Source: Chloroflexota bacterium (lineage in GTDB: Bacteria; Chloroflexota; UBA11872; VXOZ01). From it: a stretch of 64,000 bases of DNA. The position numbers and the translations under genes were made by a program. Positions 58,308 to 64,000 of the stretch are shown here, in pieces. The stretch lies in the NCBI GenBank assembly GCA_963663275.1, contig OY760183.1:1-64000 (forward strand). The letters run 5' to 3'. Position 1 is the first letter of the stretch. Every line of letters starts with the position of its first letter. A model generated the notes under the pieces. That model was given only the letters and a program-made list of their open reading frames with translations. It had not been told where the DNA came from and did no database searches.

Positions 58308-59495
58308 TCACGGCGCGGCGGCCATGATCTCGCGCAGGCACTCGCGGAACTCGTCTCCGGTGAGACGCTCCCACAGCGCCGGAAACGTCTGGGCGTTCGT
58401 CCGCACCCGGTCGTCGCAGTGCGCCAGGTAGCCGCAGAGCGCCTCCCGCGCCGCAAGCGGGTAACGCGCGTCGTCCCCGGCGCGCTGCCACTTCTGCAGC
58501 AGTTTGCGCAGGGATTCACCGGCCACGTACGCGTCGTTCAGGTCGCCCAGGTGGTCTTGGGCCCGCTTGACGTCCTCGATTGCCGCTGCCGCCGGCGCGC
58601 TCAGGATTTCGCGCAGAAATTCCAGCGCGTAGCGCAGGCGCTTGCAGTCGATGCGCAGGTCGTGCAGCGTCTCGATGGAAGCGCCGTGCAGCGACGGGCC
58701 GTAGGCGAGCAGCCTCTCATAGCGGGCGGCCAGCAGGCGCGGCGCCGCCTCGGTTACCGCCGGCAGCGAGGGCGGAGCGGCTGCCGGCGCGTCCGCGACT
58801 TCCAGGCAGGCGGCTATCTTGCGCTTGGACACGCGGTAGCGTTTGCTTGCCAGATAGCGCAGCATCGCCTTGCGGGCCCGGGCGCGCCGCTTCCGCCAGC
58901 GCCGGGTGAGCGGGTCGAACGCCTCCTGAGTGCGCCCCGGCGCTGCCGCGCGGTACGCCTCCAGGTTCGCCAGCATCACGTCGCAGTCGCGCGCGGGGCC
59001 CAGGGCGCGCCCGATACGGCGCAGGTCCTTGCGCAGCCAGGCGGCCTGCTTCCTGGGCAGTGCGGGACGGAACAACTCCACCGCCGCGCGCATGCGGCGC
59101 ACGGCCACGCGCATGTCGTGCAGTTCCTCGATGTCGCTGCCGTCAATCGTCCCGGCTTCGCGCTTCACCATGCGGCCAAAGTGGAAGCGCAGCGTCTTGC
59201 GCGCCGCCTCCCGCGCCGTATCACCCCGCTCGAGGCCGGGACGATTCGACTTCTTCGACGCAGTCGGCGGCTTCGACCCAGTCGGCGTTCCCGATGCAGT
59301 CGGCGGCTGCGGTGAAATCGGTTGTCGGTTCGGCTTGGATGTCGGTGTAACGGCTCTTCTCTCAATTTCAAGTAAACGCGCGGGTGCGAAAAGAGACGCG
59401 GCGTTCCACGCGCTCCGCCGCTCCGCTAGCACAGGCGGCAAACCGGCGTTCACCAGGCGTCCAAGTGCAACCAAGCAATCCCTCGACCGTCCCAA
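58308..59495 (-). CDS. CHAD domain (polyphosphate-binding) protein
   Basis: LHDMRVAVRRMRA, LGPARDCDV, LHDLRIDCKRLRY, QDHLGDLND; true start uncertain, probably downstream of 59495. Confidence 0.88.
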   Translation of the reverse strand: MGRSRDCLVALGRLVNAGLPPVLAERRSAWNAASLFAPARLLEIERRAVTPTSKPNRQPISPQPPTASGTPTGSKPPTASKKSNRPGLERGDTAREAARKTLRFHFGRMVKREAGTIDGSDIEELHDMRVAVRRMRAAVELFRPALPRKQAAWLRKDLRRIGRALGPARDCDVMLANLEAYRAAAPGRTQEAFDPLTRRWRKRRARARKAMLRYLASKRYRVSKRKIAACLEVADAPAAAPPSLPAVTEAAPRLLAARYERLLAYGPSLHGASIETLHDLRIDCKRLRYALEFLREILSAPAAAAIEDVKRAQDHLGDLNDAYVAGESLRKLLQKWQRAGDDARYPLAAREALCGYLAHCDDRVRTNAQTFPALWERLTGDEFRECLREIMAAAP

Positions 59496-59784
59496 TGGCG
59501 GATCCGGCCCGCGTACAGCCTTAAGCTACCAAGATCAGCGTGAGATTGCCAGAAATCTCGTGCCTCATGCGGCGCGTCTTCTTCCGCTGCGGCATTGCGC
59601 GCACGTCCCGCTGAGACGCACGGCCGGAGTCCGGTGACCGGCCTCGCGCTTTGCTTTGCGGTGGCGCTGGCGCATAGCAGGTGCTACGCTCCAGGGTAGT
59701 GGTGTCCTCTCGCGTGGGCTTTGCCTCGGGTCGGGCCATCGTGTGTGCGATTTCCAAACGCACCGTGACACGGGAGCAGGCGTC

Positions 59785-61743
59785 TTGACCCGAGAGCAGC
59801 GGCTGAGTTTCATAGGCATTAGTCTGGCGCTCTTCCTGGGGGCGCTGGATCAAACGATCGTGACCACGGCGCTGCCGCGCATCACGGAAGAGCTTGGCGG
59901 GCTGAACTACTACGCCTGGGTGGTAACGGCCTACCTGCTGGCATCGGTGCTGGGTCTGCCGCTCTTCGGGCGTCTGGTCGAACTCTTCCCGGCCAAATGG
60001 ATGCTGCTTGGCGCCGTGAGCGTCTTTCTGGCCGGCTCGGTGCTCTCCGGCTTGGCGCCGGGCATCGAGGCGCTGATTGCCTTTCGGGCGCTGCAGGGCT
60101 TTGGCGGGGGCGGCATCTTCGCCCTGTCGTTCACGTTGATCGGCCTGCTCTTTCCACCCCGCCAGCGGGGGCGCATGCAAGGCATGTTGGGCGGCGTGTT
60201 CGGCGTCTCCAGCGTGGCGGGGCCGTGGCTCGGCGGCCTCCTGACCGACCTGCTCTCCTGGCGCTGGATCTTCTACATCAACCTGCCGGTGGGTGTGATC
60301 GCCGTCGTCTTTCTCGTGGGCTTCATGCCCCGGCTGCAATCCGAGCAACGCGGCCGCCTCGACCTGCTCGGTGTGGCCATGCTCGCGCTCTGGGTAGTGC
60401 CGCTGGTGACCGCGCTCTCTTTGGGCGGCTCCGCCTACCCCTGGCTCTCTCCTCAGATTCTGGGCTTGGCCGCCATCGCGCTTGCGGGGCTGCTCGCATT
60501 CATCTGGTGGCAGCGGCGCAGTGTCGAGCCGCTGATCGAACTAAAGCTCTTCCAAATCAAGGTCTTTCGCTGGGCGGTGGTGGGCAGTTTCTTCTTTGGC
60601 GGCGCGTTCTTTGGCTCCCTGGTCTTTCTGCCGCTCTATCTCGTGAACGTGAAGGGCTTTTCGGCGACGAACTCCGGCCTTTCCATCATGCCGCTGGTCA
60701 TGGGCGTGGTGGCGGGCAGTACGCTGGGCGGCCAGTTGGCCAGCCGCATCGGCCGCTACAAGCTGCCGCTGGTTGCTTCCCTGTGCGTCGGCGTCATCGC
60801 CATTGCCGCCTTTGCCGTCAACCTGCGCGTCGCTACGCCGCTGTGGCAGGTGCTCCCGCTGATGGTGGTGATCGGCCTCAGCCTGGGGCCGTCGCTGCCG
60901 CTCTACACCCTCGCCGTCCAGAACGCCGTGCCCCGTTCCCGCCTGGGCGCCGCCACCAGCACGCTGCAATTCGTGCGCCAGGTGGGGTCTACGGCGGTCG
61001 TGGCGTTGCTGGGCACCGTGCTCGTCGCCACCGTCTCCGCCACCGCCGCGGCGCAAGCGCCGGCGGAGATGCGCGCGCACGTGGCGGGGCTGGGAGCGGC
61101 AGACGTGAACAGTGTCGGCAACCTCGCTACCGCGGTTGAGGCGCGGTTTGCCGTGCTCGAACAGCAGGCAGCGGCGGCGCTGCACGGCGATGAAAGCGCG
61201 CGCCGGGCGCTGCTGGCAGACCCGGCGCTGCCGCCGGCGCTCGCGCCACGCCTGGAATCCGGCAGCGTCCGTGAGCAGGTACGGCTGCGTTTGGCGCGGG
61301 CGCTCACGCAAGTCGAGGCGGCGCTGGCAGGTGACGCCGCCGCCCGCGACGAGGCGCTGCGGAATCCGCTTGTCCCGGAAGTGATTAAGCCGGCGCTGCA
61401 AGATCCGCCTGCCAGCGCCGCCGCGCGCGCGGAAGTCCTGCAGACGGCCCACCGGCGCATGCAGGCTCAGGAAGAGACGATCGTCAGCGATGCGCTGGCG
61501 CAGGCAGTCTCCCAGATGCAAGCGGAACTGCGCCGCCGGGCGGCCGCGGTAGCCGGCGCGCTCACCGTCGCGTTCAATACCGGCATTACCGCGGGTGTGA
61601 AGCGCGTCTACACTATCGCTACCGGTTTGATTCTCGTCAGCTTCCTGGCCGCGTTGCTGCTCCCGGACGTCGCTTTGGGAGCGGCGCCGCCCGCGCAAAG
61701 CGAGCATACCCCGGCCCCGCCTGATGGCGCCGCTGGCGAATGA
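59785..61743 (+). CDS. DHA2 (EmrB/QacA) MFS efflux transporter with long Ala-rich loop
   Basis: LGALDQTIV, FRALQGFGGG, WRWIFYINLPVG; TTG start after GGGAG. Confidence 0.92.
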   Translation: MTREQRLSFIGISLALFLGALDQTIVTTALPRITEELGGLNYYAWVVTAYLLASVLGLPLFGRLVELFPAKWMLLGAVSVFLAGSVLSGLAPGIEALIAFRALQGFGGGGIFALSFTLIGLLFPPRQRGRMQGMLGGVFGVSSVAGPWLGGLLTDLLSWRWIFYINLPVGVIAVVFLVGFMPRLQSEQRGRLDLLGVAMLALWVVPLVTALSLGGSAYPWLSPQILGLAAIALAGLLAFIWWQRRSVEPLIELKLFQIKVFRWAVVGSFFFGGAFFGSLVFLPLYLVNVKGFSATNSGLSIMPLVMGVVAGSTLGGQLASRIGRYKLPLVASLCVGVIAIAAFAVNLRVATPLWQVLPLMVVIGLSLGPSLPLYTLAVQNAVPRSRLGAATSTLQFVRQVGSTAVVALLGTVLVATVSATAAAQAPAEMRAHVAGLGAADVNSVGNLATAVEARFAVLEQQAAAALHGDESARRALLADPALPPALAPRLESGSVREQVRLRLARALTQVEAALAGDAAARDEALRNPLVPEVIKPALQDPPASAAARAEVLQTAHRRMQAQEETIVSDALAQAVSQMQAELRRRAAAVAGALTVAFNTGITAGVKRVYTIATGLILVSFLAALLLPDVALGAAPPAQSEHTPAPPDGAAGE

Positions 61744-61883
61744 CGGCGTCGCAGAGGTACGACCGTTTCGCAGATCAGTGACCGCGTCACAGACGTATGG
61801 CTCGCCTGGCGTTGGCGGCATGTGCCTGGAATCATGACGGCGGCGCGCCGTGGATATGCTACAATTGGAAAGGCAACCGTCAA

Positions 61884-61955
61884 GCCGACGTAGCTCAGTG
61901 GTAGAGCAATGGTTTCGTAAACCATAGGCCGCCGGTTCAAATCCGGCCGTCGGCT
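61884..61955 (+). tRNA. tRNA-Thr(CGT)
   Basis: Acceptor GCCGACG/CGTCGGC, anticodon arm ATGGT-TTCGTAA-ACCAT, TTCAAAT T-loop; CCA not encoded. Confidence 0.95.
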
Positions 61956-62025
61956 CCTCCGTGTATGGATACTGCCGAGTGAAGCAGCGCATTCGCCGGG
62001 CTCGTCGCGAGGCGCTGCTTCTCTA

Positions 62026-62107
62026 TTGGGCGCTGGCGCCGCCGCGACTGGGCGCCCGCGCCACGATTGGGTGTCTGCGCCGCGACTGGGCGTCTGCGCC
62101 ACCGCGT
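62026..62107. repeat. about four degenerate ~19-bp tandem repeats
   Basis: Consensus near CTGGGCGTCTGCGCCGCGA. Confidence 0.55.
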
Positions 62108-62223
62108 CAGGACGCCGGCCTTTGGGAAGCATCGTGGGAGAACACGTGAACGTGGTATCGTCCGGTACGTGGGAACGCCGCTCCCGCCGTACCCGCCTTG
62201 CGCGCCGGCGCTAGTCCAGCGCC

Positions 62224-63123
62224 ATGGCATCTTCTTCAGGCGCGAACCGGCAACCGGACGCCGGCATCATCGCGCTGGTGCTCTTCCTGGCCTTGCTCTG
62301 GGGCGGCAACTCCGTTGCCATCAAGATCGGCTTGCAGGACATTCCGCCGCTGGCCCTGGCCGGTTTCCGTTTCATCGTCGGGCTGGCGGCGGTCACCGGC
62401 TGGGCCTGGTGGCAGCGCGTGCCGATCAAGATGGAGCGCGGCGAACTGCTGCCGCTGGTCTACATCTCGCTGATCTTCCTGCTGCAGATCATCGCCCTGA
62501 ACGTCGGCACGCATTACACTACCTCGTCCCGCTCCATCGTGCTGAACAGCACCTATCCCCTCTTCACCACGCTCTTCGCGCACTTTCTGCTGCAGGGCGA
62601 CCGCCTGACCGTGCCGAAGACGCTGGGCATCCTGCTGGCCTTTGGCGGCGTGACCCTGACCTTTGCCGAGGGCCTGAACCTCGCCTCGGGCGCGTACCTG
62701 CTCGGCGACGCGGTGGTGCTGGCCAGCGGCGGCTTGCTGGGGCTGCGGGTGGTTGTCACCAAGCGGCTGGTGCAGAGCATCCATCCCTACCGCCTGCTGA
62801 TCTGGTCCATGCTCTTCAGCCTGCCTTGGTTCTTTCTCCTGAGCCTGTTGTTCGAGCAGGGCTGGGAGTACCGGCTGTCGGTCGCCAGCCTGACCGCCAT
62901 TCTCTATCAGGGCCTTGCCGTGGCCGGCTTCTGCTTTGTGGCCTGGACGTCCATCCTCCAGCACTTCAGCGCCAGCCGCTTGGTGGTGCTCTTCTTTGCC
63001 ACGCCGCTCTTCGGCGTGGTGCTGAGCAATCTGCTCCTGGATGAACCGCTGGGGGCGGAACTGCTCGCCGGCGCCGTGCTGGTAGCGGCGGGGATCTATC
63101 TGGTAAACCGCACGCAAGAGTGA
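62224..63123 (+). CDS. DMT/EamA family transporter
   Basis: LLWGGN, PPLALAGFRF, two hydrophobic repeats, TPLFGV. Confidence 0.92.
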   Translation: MASSSGANRQPDAGIIALVLFLALLWGGNSVAIKIGLQDIPPLALAGFRFIVGLAAVTGWAWWQRVPIKMERGELLPLVYISLIFLLQIIALNVGTHYTTSSRSIVLNSTYPLFTTLFAHFLLQGDRLTVPKTLGILLAFGGVTLTFAEGLNLASGAYLLGDAVVLASGGLLGLRVVVTKRLVQSIHPYRLLIWSMLFSLPWFFLLSLLFEQGWEYRLSVASLTAILYQGLAVAGFCFVAWTSILQHFSASRLVVLFFATPLFGVVLSNLLLDEPLGAELLAGAVLVAAGIYLVNRTQE

Positions 63124-63436
63124 AACCGACAGCGCGGGAGTGAGACCGGTAGCGCAGGTTTGCAACCTGCGTCCCCGTACAGGCTTCTATGCGTACTTGT
63201 GTCTCATGCTCTGGCGGGGGACAAGCCCCCGCGCTACGCTGTCCCGACACAATGGCGCCCTTCCGTCTGGGAGAGAGAAGAATTTCCGCTGCCTGGCGGA
63301 GTCGCGCAAGGATCGCCCCTTGGATAGGAGTCGGTTGGCGCAAGACCTTAAAAAGCACGGGAGGAGGGTGACGGTTTGCCACCCTCCTCCCAAAGGGAGT
63401 GAGAGGGTAAGAGACGGCTAGTGAACGTTCGGCGGT

Positions 63437-63823
63437 TTAGCGGGCGCCGAACCAGGCGCGCTCGCGCCGGGTCTGGCAGGCCACGCACAGCGTGGCTTCC
63501 GGCATGAACTCCAGGCGTTCCGCCGGGATGCCCTCGCCGCAGTCCTCGCAGACGCCGTAGGTGCCGGCCTCGGCCTTCTGCCACGCCTGATCGAAAGCGC
63601 GCAGGTCGCGCCGCAGCACGTCCAGCACCGCTTCGCGGTCTTCCTGAATTGCCACTTCCTGCGCCAGGTCCACGAAGTCGTCGTCGTCTGCCGACGCGTC
63701 GCTGCCGCGCTCACGTTCCCGCAGATCGGTTTCCAGAGAACTCGCGAGGAGCGACGCCAGCGCCTCTCGCGCTTCCTGCAGGCGCTGCACGCGCCCGGCT
63801 TCCTGCTTTAGCTCTGTTGCCAT
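63437..63823 (-). CDS. TraR/DksA C4-type zinc finger protein
   Basis: GTYGVCEDCGEGIPAERL..MPEATLCVACQ; RBS AAGGAGG. Confidence 0.92.
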   Translation of the reverse strand: MATELKQEAGRVQRLQEAREALASLLASSLETDLRERERGSDASADDDDFVDLAQEVAIQEDREAVLDVLRRDLRAFDQAWQKAEAGTYGVCEDCGEGIPAERLEFMPEATLCVACQTRRERAWFGAR

Positions 63824-63965
63824 GGGTCTACCTCCTTCACCGCACGCGGGCCGCCGTCCGCGGCAACCCCAAACGCCGTGCCATGGTGTGGTCCGGGCGG
63901 GTCGCAGCGCAACTCCTTTGTCGCGCTTCCATCGGCCCGCCGTGTCGCTACGAGCTATTTACGCC

Positions 63966-63994
63966 AGCATAGCACCGGATATGGATACTGTAAA
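63966..63994 (-). promoter_or_regulatory. sigma70-type promoter upstream of the dksA-like gene
   Basis: TTTACA-17 nt-TATGCT with TG extension. Confidence 0.55.
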
Positions 63995-64000
63995 TAGATT

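Noticed and set aside
43093-61955. Integrative element between or at the two tRNAs
   Set aside because: No integrase and no duplicated tRNA 3' end seen; the intervening genes look chromosomal.

Overview
High-GC bacterial chromosome segment, probably Chloroflexota (inferred from protein styles, not provable here). It holds about 60 genes: catabolic enzymes, transporters, dnaB-rplI, ybeY, queF with a queuosine-precursor transporter, two tRNAs and a c-di-AMP riboswitch. A phosphate/polyphosphate cluster contains phoB/phoR-like genes, phoU, arsC, CHAD, ppx and two thymidylate-kinase-like genes that look like a family-3 polyphosphate kinase. Small toxin/defence inserts include a NYN nuclease with a structured upstream RNA, HEPN-MNT modules, an orphan higA, a Fic protein, and a ThsB-like TIR gene paired with a small membrane protein. 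Intergenic DNA is crowded with several REP-like palindrome families and at least four MITE families nested inside each other, and one IS30 is inserted in a hairpin inside a MITE inside another hairpin. The best candidates for undescribed systems are the TIR + membrane-protein pair, the sRNA-terminator-NYN unit and the bacterial PPK3-like operon. All calls rest on motif recognition by eye; no searches were run.
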